DNA of 64,000 nucleotides from Carcharhinus longimanus (GCA_030264375.1 JASCQW010000105.1:37772108-37836107), one strand, 5' to 3'. Shown: positions 38,920-54,650, numbered from the stretch's first letter. The notes: a model not told the origin generated them from the sequence alone. Made by a program: numbers and translations.

Positions 38920-39580
38920 ACATTGGTGAAGAAGGCATTCAGTATGCTTGATTTCATTGGTCAGAACATTGACTACAGGAGTTGGGATGTCTTGTTGAAG
39001 TTGTACAAGACATTGGTAAGGCCACACTTGGAATACTGTGTGCAATTCTCGTCACCCTATTATGGGAAGGGTATTATTAAACTAGAAAAAGTGCAGTAAA
39101 GATTTACTAGGTTGCCACCGGGACTTGATGGATTGAGTTATAAGGAGAAGCAGGATAGATTGGATTTTTTTCTCTGGAGCGTAGGAGGCTGACGGGTGAT
39201 CTTATAGAGGTCAATAAAATAATGAGGGGCATTGATCACCTAGATAGTCAATATCTTTTGCTAAAGATAGGGGAGTCTACAACTAGAGGGCACAGGTTTA
39301 AGGAGAGAGGGGAGAGATACAAGAGTGTCCAGAGGGGCAATTTTTTCCACAGAAAGAGTGGTGAGTGTCTGGAACAAGCTGCCAGAGGTAGTAGTAGAGG
39401 AGGGTACAATTTTGTCTTTTAAAAGCATTTAGATAGTTACATGGGTACGATGGGTATAGAGGGATATGGGCCAGATGTTGGCAATTGGGATTAGCTTACA
39501 GGTTTACCAAAAAAAAAAAGGTGGCATGGACAAGTTGGGACAAAGGGCCTGTTTCCATGCTATAAACCTCTATGATCTTT
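38920..39580 (+). mobile_element. CR1 LINE 3' fragment
   Basis: 'ttggtaaggccacacttggaatactgtgtgcaattc', 'actagagggcacaggtttaagg', tail 'gggcctgtttccatgctataaacctctatg'. Confidence 0.9.
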
Positions 39581-40309
39581 ATAAGAAGAAATCACACCCC
39601 TGGCATCACAAGATGTTGTTCTCTGTTATACTATAAACACAGATTTGCAGGTGGTTTCTTTAAAAACGTCAACATAGAAGTGATACCAGCAATGACACAA
39701 ATTATCTACTCCTAGTGGATGTGATAACGATGAACCTTTTCTTCAAACTGTACTTCTGCTGATCTTATGATTGTTCTGGGTAGGAAATGGCAATAAACAT
39801 TTCAGTCAGAAAGTAATGATAGTGAGGGACTTGCAGGAGAATTTGGGAGATAATGGCACTATCATAGTACAGTTTTTGTTCACTTTGGTATTCAAAATGT
39901 GGACCTGGGAGAGGCTGCTGAAGTACACTTATTTGACAAGTTTCTCACGTGCATTCTGCATATGGAATTTACTGCAATTGCAATGCGGTAGTAACAGGGA
40001 GCTGAATACTGAGTCAAACCACTGATGCTCGGATCAAGGCTATGACCTTCTCCGAGAACTTCTGAGTGTGTGGTGGCTACATCCATCCAGCCATGTTGAC
40101 ATTTCAATCACATTCCTGATAAATCTTATAGATGGGGCTTTGAAAGTCAAGCTGAGCTGCTCAGCACAGAGTATTCATTTGTTCCTTGCTGTTGCAACCA
40201 CTGTTGTTATGATGAGGTCATTTAAATCATGGCATTTATCATCTGACAATGCTGATGGAAGTCAGGGGAGATCATTGGGTCTATACTTGTTGTGAGATAG
40301 TCAGTCGGG

Positions 40310-40580
40310 AGGCGATACAGCAGCAGTTGTTAGCACTGTTACCAGGGACTTGGTTCGATTCTGGCCTTGTGTGACTGTGTGGAGTTTGCACATTCTCCCC
40401 ATGGGTTTTCTTCAGGTGCTCCAGTTTCTACCCACAGTCTGAAAATGTGCAGGTTAGGTGGATTAATCATGGTAAGTGTGCATAGTAATGGGAAGTGTGC
40501 CTAGGTAGAATGCTCTTTCAGAGAGTCGGTGCTGACTTGATGGGCTGGATGGCCACCTTCTATACTGTAGGGATTCTATT
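40310..40580 (+). mobile_element. HE1-like V-SINE
   Basis: B-box 'ggttcgattc', V-domain 'tgtgtggagtttgcacattctcccc...', tail 'ccttctatactgtagggattcta'. Confidence 0.8.
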
Positions 40581-41343
40581 AATTGACATTTTTATGTGCA
40601 ATGAAGGTCGTTAGTCCAGGCTTGTATCTGGCACAGACTCCTTCATTGATGGAGCAAGTTTTGAAAGAACTGAACACTGGATTTGGCAGCAAACAACAAC
40701 AGCTCCGATCATGTAAAGGAATGTCATTAATGAAGTAGCTGAACATATTTAGAACACAACACGCTCAAGTATTTCCTATAGCAATGCCCTGGACATGTTA
40801 AGCAAATAATTATGGAAAGCATGATGCAGAGGTTGGAAAAACACTTCAATGGATGGAATTCCATAATTCAAAAATCAGAATTTTCTCATCTGTTTCATTC
40901 AGAATTTCTAATTTTAATCTCCGTTTGCACTACTTCTAATATAACTGTCTTACAACACTTCCTTGAAACACGTCAGCAGTATTATATAAGCAATGAATAT
41001 ATTAAATTTATGCTCTTTAACTCTCCAAATAATATTACAATTGTCATAACTTAAATATTTTATATTGCATTGGTAGTAATTCAACATGTAAAGTGGTCAA
41101 AGACAGTCCTGAGTGAGACACAACTCAGTTTCCATCTGGTGGCACTCACCCAGAAATGAATTATTCCCTTAAAACTCCATTCTTGCTGGTGTGTAGGAAT
41201 CAATGAACATAAGAAAGCACATTACCATTAACCAAATTACAGGTCAATTGGCTATTTCCAGAACGTACCAAAAAAGATTTATTTCACGACTTCGGTAGCT
41301 TTCACCAGTTACCTAATTCAATTTCTTAGACATTATGGCACTA

Positions 41344-41529
<186 letters not shown>

Positions 41530-42500
41530 NNNNNNNNNNNNNNNNNNNNNNNNNNNNNNNNNNNNNNNNNNNNNNNNNNNNNNNNNNNNNNNNNNNNNNN
41601 NNNNNNNNNNNNNNNNNNNNNNNNNNNNNAGTAACAAGCAGCAAAGATTTGTGAAATGTCCAAGAATGCACATACTTCGCTGATGGTTTCAAAATCAGCA
41701 GTGTAGTTACAGACACTCAATTTTTAAAAACAAATATATATGAACATTGAAATTCATTGCCATCAATTTCTCAGCAGCATTTGCTAAGCAGTTCTCTACT
41801 TGCTTTAATTTTAAGCTCACGGCGCATAATGAAATATGATTCCAGTACCTTTTAAGTATCTCACTGGACAATTTTATACAGAAGCCAGGGCAGTGAATTT
41901 TACTGCTAGGTTAGATAACGAAGTATGCACCAATACCTCTCTCAACCATTTGTGGAACTAGTAGGAGCCGCATGTCACTATTGTGGCACGATTTAAATAC
42001 TCTCAGGCACTTCACTGGCCAGTGCCAGGCTCTCCATGCAATCAAGCCATCAGTAGGACAGAAATCCCACCAGGAACTGCCAGTCTGCCACTGAGAATAG
42101 TGACACTCAGACCCAAGCCAAGGATCGCTACTGGAACCCTGGTCACAGATGACTGACAAGATGGAAAGGAGCAAGACAAGGGATAGGGACCTGGCTTTCA
42201 ACACCTCCCACTTCCTGAGCCAGGTCCCTTGAACAGACACCGACTACCTGACAACAGTGTGTTCCCGCCTGCCTCAACTACAAACAAGTAGGCAAGCCTG
42301 GCAGATTTGGGCAGTGTTCAGCAGTCATGAAGGAGATGCAAGAGTTCCATTACAACCCTTAGCCACCGCTAACTTCCAGTAGGTTCAAGGATAATTGCTT
42401 ACAAGTGCTCACGAATGAGCTTAATTGGCATCTTGTTGCCAGCAGGCATGATTCTGCCACTTAATGGGGTACAGTTTTCCCAATGCCAGCAATGCAACAT

Positions 42501-42600
42501 CAGCTCCGACAAAGGGTCATCTTAACTCGAAAGTTGGTTCCATTCTCTCCCCACAGATGCTGTCAGACCTGTTGAGAATTCCCAGCATTTTCTGTTTTTG
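42501..42600 (+). mobile_element. Penelope-like pLTR fragment, family B, hammerhead core mutated
   Basis: 'agctCCGACAAagggtcatcttaactcGAAAgttgg...ccacagatgctgtcagacctgttgagaattcccagcattttctgttttt'. Confidence 0.65.
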
Positions 42601-44409
42601 AATAGGCTCCCCAAGCTCCCAGGTAATTTCATAATGCTGCAGTGCTTGGATATGCTCCTCTCGTTTGCAAAGAATGGGTCCCTGTATATGAATGTGCGTC
42701 ACTTCCAGTAAGTGTAAATGAGCTCAAGTGCTCATTTCAAATTAGTTGTTACTGTGGCTATCAGGGCTTTCAGGACTTTCAGCAAGTGTTGCCCAATCAT
42801 GGAATCACATCTGCACGGATGTTTTGTTTCAGCTCTGCTGAACCCCAAGGAGCATTGAGCTCTGCTTTGCCCCTATCCTGGATAGGCCAAATCTCATGGC
42901 TCCATCAAGTGATTAGCAGCGCCCACCCAATGGGATAAATAATGGCAGACAGATCTGGAATGGTGCAAGGCTGAATGGTTACTCATTCCCTTCCTCCTCC
43001 CATAAAGAAGGAAGCATGCCCTCCCTTCCAGCTAATTTCAGAACACAGAATAAAGAGTTGGAGATTCAATGGTTCCAGATGCCATTGCCAAATTCGGGTC
43101 TGCCTTACCACTCATAAGTATAGCAAAACAAGTACAGTTAGTTATAAACAACTAGTCTGAAATCACTTTGGGACAGGGGTTTATACAATATAATTTCATC
43201 ATATAAAAAAACTAGACAGTCTCTAGGAGTATTCGATCAGTTTTGTCAAATGGGCAAAATAAAAACCCAGAAATCCAAAGAAAAAATATCTATTTTTTAG
43301 ACATGTGGGATTTATTTTCTGTCACAATATTAGATCAATGCAGTGACATCCAAGCTCAAAAAGCTGAAATAACATTTTGGAAATAGTACAGTTGTTCTAT
43401 TTTCTGATGGAAGCTACTTCTGGTAACAACCTTGGGAAACAATTGCTGCACATGGTATTCATTTATCCAATGAATGGGTGTCAGAGTACATACATTTCTC
43501 ACATTGTACAGGGTGGAGAAAATAGATGAAAAGCAACATTATTTAAATTTTATTGCACTATTAAGCTAGATACAGTGCTCCATCATTTGTAATATCAATT
43601 TCACTAATAATAACCAAGGAAAAAGCATAGAAAACAGAACTTAAGATTCAACGAAGAGTGCCAGAAAGTGTGCCAGCAGCACCAGGCACAGCAGAAAACA
43701 GGGTATCAACCTGAAGCTGCAAACAGTGTAAACAGCATGCAGTAGATATAGAGCTAAGCAGTCCCAATTAGAAATCAAATCTAATCTCTGCGGTCCTACC
43801 ACATCAGCTGTGAATGGTAGCAGACATTCAACAACCCGGACGGGAAGCTCCACCAATTTCCTCAGTGATGGGGAAGCCCAGCACATCTGTGCAAAAGGCT
43901 GAAGTATTTACAACCATCTTTTGCCGGAGGTGTTGAGTGGATGATCTATTTCTGTCTCCTCCTGAGGTCCCCAGCATCACAGATGTCAGTCCTCAACCAA
44001 ATCAATTCACTCCATGTTGCATCAAGAAATGGTTGAAGACACTGGATATTGCAAAGCATTGGGTCTGACAACATTATTGAAGACTTATTATTGAAGTTCC
44101 ACAACTAGCCATGCTCCCAGCCAAACTGTTCCAACTCAGCTGCAACACTAGCAACTGCCCAATGTGGAAACTGCCAGGTATGTCCTGTACACAAAATGCA
44201 GGACAACTCCAATCCAGCCAATTACAGCCCCATCAGTCTATTTTCAATCGTCAGCAAAGCAGTGAAAGATGTAGCGACAGTGCTATCAAGTAGCACTTAT
44301 TCAGCAATAACCTACTCACTGCTCAGTTTAGGTTCCACCAGGGCACTGATCTCCTGAGCTCATTATGGTTCAAACATGGGCAAAAGAGCTGAATCCAAGG
44401 GGTGAGACA

Positions 44410-44670
44410 AAAGTTAATTTATTTGTCACAAGTAATGCTTATATTAACACCGTCATGAAGTTACTGTGAAATTCTGCTAATCGCCACACTCTGGTGCCTG
44501 TTCGGTTCAATGCATCTAACCAGCACGTCATTCAGACGGGAAGAGGAAGCCAAAGCACACGGAGGAAACCCACGCAGACATGAGGAGAACATGCAAACTC
44601 CATACAGACAGTGACCCAAGCTGGGAATCGAACCCAGGTCCCTGAGGCAGCAGTGCTGACCACTGTGTCA
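44410..44670 (-). mobile_element. V-SINE with the same tail family as 24719-25282
   Basis: 'ggaggaaacccacgcagacatgaggagaacatgcaaactccatacagacagtgacccaagctgggaatcgaacccagg'. Confidence 0.85.
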
Positions 44671-45227
44671 AAGTTAGGGAGGGAGATATCAGTGTGATGG
44701 AGATGGTTGTGGGGGAAGGGGATTGGGGACAGGGTTAGAGAGTCAGGTATCAGTTCTCCCTGTCACCCTCTGACAAAACAACGGATAACAAGGGTCACCG
44801 AGGGGATGTATCTGAGCAGGAGAACGTAGCGATGGGTTAAAGGAGCTATGAATGATGAGGAGTTGCTCCTGATTTCCCTCTCAGATGCAGCAGCAGACAT
44901 TGCAAGAGTTCCTTTGCAGAAGGATGCTGAATGATGTTTGATAAATAATTTAAATAAGTGGCTTACGCAGAGGCCTTGACACTCGCTGCCTGCTTTTTAG
45001 AAATCAATCTGCTGCCTGTTAAGCCCATTAGCATCTCCTTCGTAAACTTACTTTCCACATTTGTCCTGGCAGATTGTCCGATCGTTAAAATCAGCCTCAT
45101 TGCGAGGGTTTCTTCCCCACCCAACACTTCACACCGACACAGCTTCCCATTTCAGGCTCTGGCCTTTGGAACACGGATTGACTTGCTGTGTAATTCCAAT
45201 GTTCATTCCTATTTAACCCCTAAAGTG

Positions 45228-45349
45228 ACCCCCCCCAATACACCACCCCACCCCTCAGAGCCCCCATCCCCAAGTCACATCCCCGACACTCCCATCCACA
45301 CCCCCACCCCACACCCCCCAGTACCCCCGCATCCCCAACACTCCCATCC
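45228..45349. repeat. C-rich low-complexity repeat at a gap edge
   Basis: Runs of cccca/cacccc units. Confidence 0.8.
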
Positions 45350-47304
45350 NNNNNNNNNNNNNNNNNNNNNNNNNNNNNNNNNNNNNNNNNNNNNNNNNNN
45401 NNNNNNNNNNNNNNNNNNNNNNNNNNNNNNNNNNNNNNNNNNNNNNNNNCTGTGCCATCATGCCACCAGGCCAGTGTGACATCAAAACTATACTTAACTG
45501 AGTGCAGTATGAAGGAGCCCTAGCAAAAATAGAATCAAATGGGAATTGTGGGAAAACTCTCCACTAGTTGGATCATACCTAGCACAAAGGAAGATAGCTA
45601 TGTTTGGTCAATCATTTCAGTTCCAGGACATCATTGCAGGAACTACCAGAGTAGGGCCCTAGTTCCAACCAACTTCAGCTGCTTCACCACTGACTGTTCC
45701 TCCATCAGAAGGTCAGAAGTGGAGATGTTTGCCGATGATTCCAAGGATACTGAAGCAGTTCATGTCTATATGCGGCAATACCTGGACAATATTCAGATGA
45801 GGGCTAATACATAGCAAGTAACATGTGCACCAATCAAGCGGCAGGAAATGGCCATCTCCAACAAGGGAGAATCTAACACCAATGGCATTACCACCATATA
45901 ATTCTGCTCTATCAACATCCTGGGGTTACCATTGACCAGGAGCGGAACAGAAGCAGCCATACAAATACAGGTTGGATGCAGGGAATTCTGCAGCAAGTAA
46001 CTCACCTGCTGTTCACCATCCACAAAGCACAAGTTATTCTTCTCTTGCCCGGATGAATACAGCTCCAATAACTCTTGAGAAGTTTGAAACCATCCAGGAC
46101 AAAGCAGCCCACTACACTATCGCCCCATCCACCACCTTCCACATTAATTTTGTCCATCACTTTTGCACAGTGACAATGGTGTGTGTGTGTGCATATATGT
46201 GTGTATCATCTACAAGATCAACTGCAGGAATTAACCAAGGCACCTTAGACAGCACATTCCAAACCTGTGACCTCTACCACCTCGAAGGGATAGGGAAGCA
46301 AATGCATGGAAACACCGCCACCTGCAAGATCTGTTCCAAGACACACACAATCCTGACTTGGAACGATATCGGTGTTCTTTGACCATCTCTGGGTCAAAAT
46401 CTTGGAACTCCCTTCCACTAGCATTGTGGACCTACACACCAAATGGACTGCAGGTACTTCAAGAAGCTCACCATCATCTTGTCAGACATTTAGGAATGCG
46501 CAACAAATGTTAGTCTTTCCAGTGATATTCACATCCCAGGAAAGACTATTAAAACCTCTACCACTTTAAAGGACAAGGGCAACAGATAGATGGAAACACC
46601 ATCACTTCAAAGTTCACCTCCATAAAGCACAACAGTCTAACTTGGAAATATATCACCCTTCTTATTGTTGCTGATCAAAATTCTGGAACTTCCACCCTAA
46701 CAGCTGTGTCAGTACCTTCACCATGTGGACTGCAGCAGCTCAAGAAGTAGGAGTGGGTAATTAATGCTGGCCTACCCAGCAAAGCCCACAGTCACGAAAG
46801 AATAAAAAAGCTGCCACTTCTTCTATTCAACGACATTTGCTACAAATAACTTTGATTAAACCAGGGCTTTATCTACTCCACACTGCCACTCAAGAGTGAA
46901 TACAAAAACGGTGTGCAATTCTGCTTGTTGATGAAGTAGTTTAGGAGCCAGCAGGCTAAAGCAAGCTGAATTTATGCTATTGTGTTTGAAGCAAATTATT
47001 TGGGGACTGTTCTTCTTCAAAAGATAGCCTTCTTTTAGCAGTTAATTCCAATAGGCCCCCTTTCAAATTTATTGTCCTGACCTTCTCGTTAATACCGGTC
47101 ACAGGTAGGCTTTGGGGCACTTCCTTAACACGGATGCATTCACATTAGTGGTCTTTTTGTGATAATTTACACTCCAACCACACATTATGCTTTACATTAA
47201 TATAATTACAAACTTCACTGAAATCATAAAGTATCAAATGTCAGTCTGTAATGATCACACAAAGTGCTGAACATTTCACTCAAAAAATAAATGCAAAAAC
47301 TTAC

Positions 47305-47379
47305 TTTTTCTCATCTGACAAATCAATGTTGGTCCCAAATTTGATAGTTTTAAATGGACCTCTCCTTTTTTTGCTGCCA
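47305..47379 (-). CDS. KDM6A: KDM6A exon ([24 protein letters not shown]), exon 22 equivalent
   Basis: 75 bp, cag/gtaagt boundaries. Confidence 0.96.
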
Positions 47380-47470
47380 CTGTTTAAAAAAAGTGATAAT
47401 TTTTTTGTAAGATTTTTAAAAACATTTATTATCCATTAAACATTTGTTAAACCCGAGTAGCAAAACTTAC

Positions 47471-47538
47471 TTATCGGAGGAGGTGGATTCGCTATCTGAT
47501 TGGTCTTTGTGATGACTACTCTTTTTCTCATTTTCCTC
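47471..47538 (-). CDS. KDM6A: KDM6A exon (EENEKKSSHHKDQSDSESTSSD), exon 21 equivalent
   Basis: 68 bp, AG/GT, ends in phase 2 as the next exon requires. Confidence 0.95.
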
Positions 47539-48532
47539 CTGCAAGAAGCATATTTCAAATCAACAAACTGAAATAAACATATCATTAGAGCGAATTGCCT
47601 ATTTTATCCTTTCCTGGACTCTGTGTATACAGATTATAAATATCTGAGCAGGTCCTATGGATTGTGTGAATATGTTTTTCAATGAACAGATCAACACTAA
47701 TAATAAATACTTATGGCATTATATTCAGTTTCACTGTATATATTTATGCTTTTATCACGTGGTGCCTACAATGTAACTAGCCATTGAAGTCATCCTCTCA
47801 AGATGTAGTTGGTTTAAAATAAAATCAAAAAGATTCAGGAACATAGGACCATTCAGCACTTCAACCCTGTTCCATCATTCAATAAGACTATGACTGATCT
47901 GATCAATTCCACTTTGTTATCTGCCTCTCATAAACCTTGACTCCCCATTTAAAGATAAAAATCATAAATGACCAATTGAACATTTCCTTAAAAAAAATCC
48001 ATAAACAAACATGTTTCAAATTCCACAGGAACTGGGGAGCTCATTAAAAAATGACATTAATGTCACAAACTATTTCTACATACTATACTGAAGTACCACC
48101 TCACTATCCAGAAAATGTGCCAGAATAAAGTTTTAGTGCTATAGAGACAGAAATCTGTACAATGTCACACTTTCCTTCAGTTTTAAATACAGATAAATTC
48201 TTGCACTGCTTTCAATATTAATCATAATATCCATATTGTTTCTCTAATATGCAGAACTGATTTTTTTAAAAGTAATTATATATTCTGCTTAAAAGATGTT
48301 TGCAGTACGAATACATTGATAAATATGGCAAGGATTCCAATAAATAAATTAGTAATTAGAGGGTGAGCAAAGTAGTGTTAATGCTGTTAACTGATGGAGG
48401 AGCCAAGCTCGTCATGGAGCTGGAAAGAATGGAGAAAATACCAAATATTCTTTTCTACATTTCTAATCAAATGTTTTAAAAAAGAATTGAAGTAAGATCT
48501 GGTTGAAGTAAAAATATATTATTACTGTGCTA

Positions 48533-48790
<258 letters not shown>

Positions 48791-49653
48791 TTATTAAAAC
48801 TGATGTCTGCATGCACAGCCGTTGATAACATTTTGAAAGTTGCATTTACCTAAAATTTAAAAATCAAGATAAACTTCAGGACACTTGAGACTGCAAGAGA
48901 AGCAGGCTGGAGGTGACAATCATCTGTACATTGACTTTCTCCAGGAAGCAACAGGTTCTCCATCTTCCTTTAACTATTATATTTTTTAACTAACACATAA
49001 ATTTGTTAGGTAGTTGAGTCCAGTTGGTAACGGCTGCTATTAATATTTTATTTTTGAACAGATTGAGATCAAATAAAACATTACTACTACTGTAGGTATT
49101 TAAGTTTCCTTGTTACATTTTTCTATTGAAAATGCCAATCATCTTACCCTCATTAAAAAGAGTCTTGATGCAAATCTACAGAATTTACTTTAAAAAATAT
49201 TTGTGCAGGTTTGGGCCAGAGATTTACATATATCATCATATATGACAGAAATTCATAATTGAGCATAACAAGCTTTCTCCTATTAGTGGTGAGCACAATA
49301 TATTTCAATAAAATGTCATTAGAAAGCTTTTTCTGCAAAAGGTTCAGGGTTATCTTGCACTGCAATGCCATGCAGCAGTTGGAAAATAGAGACCATAGTC
49401 AGAATTTTTAAAAGGGTTCAAGGGTCTGGATTAGAGGCTGATGGAGAAGACATCAGCATCCATGCCGGTCCTCTATCATAATCCCAGCCTTGAGCCATTT
49501 TGAGTGGCTCCGGATTGGATCAGCTGTCCGCAGGCGGCCAACTGAAGGGAATTAAATTTAATAAGCTCCGTGCCTGTGCCAAATGGAAACTGCAGCCCAG
49601 TTTGCATGACAAGCTCAGAGCAGGAGGTGCAATCCTGATGGATGATGACCCCT

Positions 49654-49656
<3 letters not shown>

Positions 49657-49686
<30 letters not shown>
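49657..49686. repeat. (CA)n microsatellite
   Basis: About 15 CA units. Confidence 0.95.
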
Positions 49687-49688
<2 letters not shown>

Positions 49689-51389
49689 GGCAGCTGGGTC
49701 ATAACTGCAGCCACTGGCCATCCTCTGGAGTGGTTGCTCCTCATCAAGGCTAGGCAGCTATGGATTTTTAAAAAAATACATATAAATATACCTTCTCCTT
49801 CCCCCTCAGTCTCCATCACCAGATCAGCAGACCCAACTTGCCCGTTGGGACTGTCGATCGCAGAGTGCTGGAGGGGTTCCCACTGGCTCTCCTGCAACAG
49901 AACCTCGCCTGTGATACCAGGTTAGACTGTGATCTCTGGCCTTTAATTGGCTAAGCATTTGAAAATCCCTATGAGTGTTCTCAAAGCAGGTCATGCAGAC
50001 TAGGGAACCTGGAACTAGCTTCACCATTCAATTAGGTTCAGCATATGGTAAGAGAATTCAAGGACAAAGGTATTTTGCAAAAAAAAACTTACATCTGATA
50101 AAAATCAGAACTTTCCTAGATTAAAAGAAACTAAATATCATAGAATCATAGCAACCCTATGACAGGATATACCAAATTAAATAATGTAGTGTAACAGCGA
50201 CTGACAGGAATACAAAATGATTTCATGCAAAGATATTCTATGCAGTGAATTGAAACAAGTAGTACAAATTCAGAATGCAATCTCAATTTTATGTAACATT
50301 GATTGACAATTCTCTACATTTTAAAAATAAAGATCACTTAGTGAAACCCAAGGTGGTTATAGTACAAAACCGCTTTAAGTGTAAATTATTGTCAAAACTA
50401 CAAATGATAAAAATTTTAAATATCAGTTTCTTCCTTGTTCTTTCCCTCTGCAATTCATTTTTTGAATATGCTACTTTGATTTTGATCAGCTCCTGAATTA
50501 TCAGGAATCGCTTTATGAGAACAAAGATTTACGTAACTAGCCGTGTATATACTTGTAGAAACAGACTGATGAGGAAAAAGTTCTCGCAACACTTAGATTA
50601 GTTCTAAAATTTCTCATGCCTCCACCCACCAAAAAAGCTTGCTGACTTCTTTCCAGCAGTACTTATTGAAAAATTGCCCATTAGTATTTTAGAATTCTAG
50701 ATTTCATCTTGGTTACTTTCTGTTCCTTGGCCTATGTTGCAAGATAAGAGTAGGATCCCAGTCAAAAAAAAATCCCTATTTCAGGATGGGGAAAAATATC
50801 ATCTTGGCTACAAAGAACATCACATTGAGTGTGGGAATTGGAGCAGTACCGGTGACAACATTATTGCTCTCTTACTCAATCACACCCTCAGTATCTTTTC
50901 ATTTCAGCAAATTATTTTGTTCAAACAACAATTCTTATGATAATTTTCAGAAGTATAAATAAGGTAACTAAATATGTTGAAGTGAAACAATTATGTCAAG
51001 GATAGAGCATCCTGCAACTCATCTTGGTGGCTGGCAGGACTGTAAAGGAAAGATATTTAAATCTAGGATAGGCAACACATTTTCAGTCACAACTACTACT
51101 TTTGACTAAATAAAGCAATTTTCAGGAAACTAACTTAAGTTTTTACTGAACTGATGTATAGCAGCACATGCATATGCAGAATGACCTAAACACACTCTCT
51201 TGGAGTAACACCATAAATTTATAATCTGTGTAAATATTTAGCTTATTGAGATATCAAAAGAGAAATAATAATTCTGAATGGCTTTCCAGGAAAAATAACC
51301 TACTTTTATCCCTATGTGACTATACATTTTTGTCTTGCATTAGAATTCAATTTGTTGGTGAAACTGAAGTAAAGTAAATAATTATTTCA

Positions 51390-51644
<255 letters not shown>

Positions 51645-51914
51645 TCAAATATAAGAAAGTCCAAATAGCAATATTTGACAACATTTTTGAATGCTGCACA
51701 TGACCAAAAAAACCTGCAACCGGCATTCAAAATTATATTTAACTTAAGTCAAAATCTAGAAATTACATCGATTATTGAATTCATTGTACAGATCTTGACT
51801 TAACATTAGATTTAGGTGATGGTTTTGCTTGGATCTGTTACTTAAAAAAAACTTACATACAAATACTACATATCACTGGTTTCAAGTTAAACCAGTATGC
51901 TGTGTCCTACTTAC

Positions 51915-52044
51915 ATAAATACTAGGTGTAGGAGGATTTAGCTTGTCCTTTGGCAGCGGTGGATGTGGTGGTGGTAGTGGTCGAGGAGGTGGACACTTAT
52001 CGAGTAAAATGCTACTATTAGATAAACCATTTCTCCCCAGATTT
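51915..52044 (-). CDS. KDM6A: KDM6A exon ([43 protein letters not shown]), exon 18 equivalent
   Basis: 130 bp, tttcag/gtaagt boundaries. Confidence 0.96.
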
Positions 52045-54319
52045 CTGAAAAAAAGTATNNNNNNNNNNNNNNNNNNNNNNNNNNNNNNNNNNNNNNNNNN
52101 NNNNNNNNNNNNNNNNNNNNNNNNNNNNNNNNNNNNNNNNNNNNNNNNNNNNNNATCTTGTGTTGATTAAACAAGTTATAAAACAGTACAGAATGGAAGT
52201 AAAAAAACTCAAGCAAACTCATATATTCAAATACTTTCGAAGAGCATCTTGTACAGTCAACAAAATATGTAATAAAAGATTCATAACATATATTTAAATA
52301 ATGCAAAAAATAAATCTGCACACAATTTAACATAATTTTTTAAAGAATAAAGAGAAAAGAGGTCATAATCAAGGGTTATTTCAAAGGCAATTTAAACACA
52401 AGTCAATCAGTAATTATTTGGCAAGGGCTTAAAGTATTTGCAGCTAACAGTATTTGAGATGACATGATTGGTCTTTAACCTCCTGGCCAGCATAAACCTC
52501 AACCAGACTGATGAGATAAAAGTCTCTAATTTGTTGAGGGTCCAGTGTAACATGAAACAGTGTGTGTTCAATTCCTGGTAGGTCTGCTGCAAATCACAAA
52601 TCAGTTTTATCCAGCAGTGGCTGGCCAATTTCATTCTGAGGAACCATACAATGGCTGGTTTGGAAATGGTCAATAGTGATCAAATGGACATTAAGTGGGA
52701 AGTCCCCATCCTCGAACAGAAACATTCCTTAACTTGATGAGCACAAAAATTCAGATTTGTTTTTACCCAGTTTGGGGTAAATTCAAGTGGAAAAAAGTTA
52801 TTAACCAATTATAAAAGTTAATACAGAAAGATTTGTTGAAGCAATCTCTATGAAATGGAATGTTATTCATGCATTTGTCAGTTTACAAACAAATTCAATG
52901 ATGAAAAAAATCATATTGAAATTCATTACTATGTAATGCATGTCGATTTCTTCCTTGCCAGATAAGAAAAAATTGTCAAGCATATTTTCTGAAGAATTTT
53001 TATCAAGTACACAACAGGGGATTCAAAGCTGCTGTAAAAAGTGAAACATACAGTTTACAGTTCAACAGAAATCAGTCATGTATGTTACAGCCTCCCTACA
53101 ACCAACACACATCCCCGAAAGCACTCGAGTCCATTAAAATTCTTTTAATTTTACATTGCATTCGAAATAGAATTATGGCATATCTAACGAAGATATACCA
53201 AGACTGACAAATGTGTTTAGTGACCATACAATAATTGAAACAAAAACCAGATTAACCATACCACCATGGTGAGGTTGCAAGCAAAGGACAGAGAATTCTT
53301 GTGCACTTTCAAGTGGCTGTTTTCAGTATATAAAATATGCTGCTCACCAGACCACTTCACTAAGGCAGACAGTCAAAATACATCTTTAACCTTAAAATTA
53401 CATGCTGGCCTCCTTTGTATAATCAGACAAACTTTGAAATTTTCCACAGAAAAACTTGTTACAACAGGATGACAGAAAAAGGAGTCCACAATTACAGATC
53501 AAAGAGAAAGTGTGAACGAGTTACAGCCATAATTTCCACTGATTGCTATTTTTAGTAAAAGCTTATGCCTATGTTAGCAGTACCACAATACAGGTAGAAT
53601 GCATCAGCAGACCACCCATCTGCTAGGAGTACCTTCCTCTACAAAATGAGTGGAGAAAACAGCAAATAAAAATAAAACTATATTTGATCATAAAGAACTT
53701 GATGCAGTGGAAGACGACACTACAGACAGGAAAAACAATCCATTTACCCTATTTCAATCTGTACTGGGAGGTCGGCTAGGACAGGGCGACATTTTTAGGG
53801 ATTAATGGTCTACCATATATTTTTCATCGCAAAGGAATAATGTTAACTTGAACTATATCCTTTTGAGGCACTAATTACTGTCATTTCTTAAATTTGCAAC
53901 TGCTGCCTTCAAGGCCTATACGTTGAATTTATTTTCACAAAGCATGCATAAAATGTGAGATTGTAAGCACCATTTGTTCCAGTTACTGTTATTATTCTGC
54001 TAAAATATTTAGATAAGTTAAGCTGTAATCACGGCAGTACATCAACTTAGCTAGGTATAGATCAGTACTCAGTTGCAAATTAGTGAATGGACATTTGATT
54101 TAGGAAAATTACAAAGTTGTAACAGTCTTAATATGGAAATGAAACAATCAGATTAGGGTATTTAAAGCAAATTCAGCTATTTCAAATACTCTGGAGAAGA
54201 TATCAGATAGTGTCAATGGATCCAACCTTAAAGCAAAAATTAATAAATGAATGGATGAACTAGCCAACAAAAGGCCACACAATCAAATATATAGATTACT
54301 CTGAAAAACCCTTTCTTAA

Positions 54320-54650
54320 AAAAAGTCGTTCTTAGGATGCGGGCATTGCTGGTTGGCCCAGCATTTATTGCCCATTATGACGGCATTTAAGAGTCAACCA
54401 CATTGTAGGTCAGACCAGGTAAAGATGACATATTCATTCCCTAAAGAAGGCTTGTGAACCTGGTGAGTTTTTTTTTAATCTGACAGTCAACAATGGTTTC
54501 ATGGTGGTCATTAGACTTCTAATTACAGATTTTTACTGAATTCAAATTTTGTCATCTGTCATAGTGGTATTCAAATCTGGACTCCAGTTCATTGCCCTAG
54601 GTTTCTGGATTACTAGTCCAGTGACAAAATCATGATGCCACTGCCTCCCC
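54320..54650 (-). mobile_element. tRNA-derived SINE with CR1-derived tail
   Basis: Same family as 20825-21160; tail 'gggcattgctggttggcccagcatttattgccc'. Confidence 0.7.

Larger units (their letters stand above)
43640..46810 (+). mobile_element. CR1-type LINE, second subfamily, split by a ~1-kb insertion at about 44410-45470
   Basis: RT motifs run to 44408 and resume at about 45470 ('tgacatcaa...ggagccctagcaaaaatagaatcaaatggg'). Confidence 0.8.

Noticed and set aside
50564-50596. CTGATGA...CGCAAC hammerhead-like string; also CTGATGAG at about 52507
   Set aside because: No GAAA box and no helix I pairing
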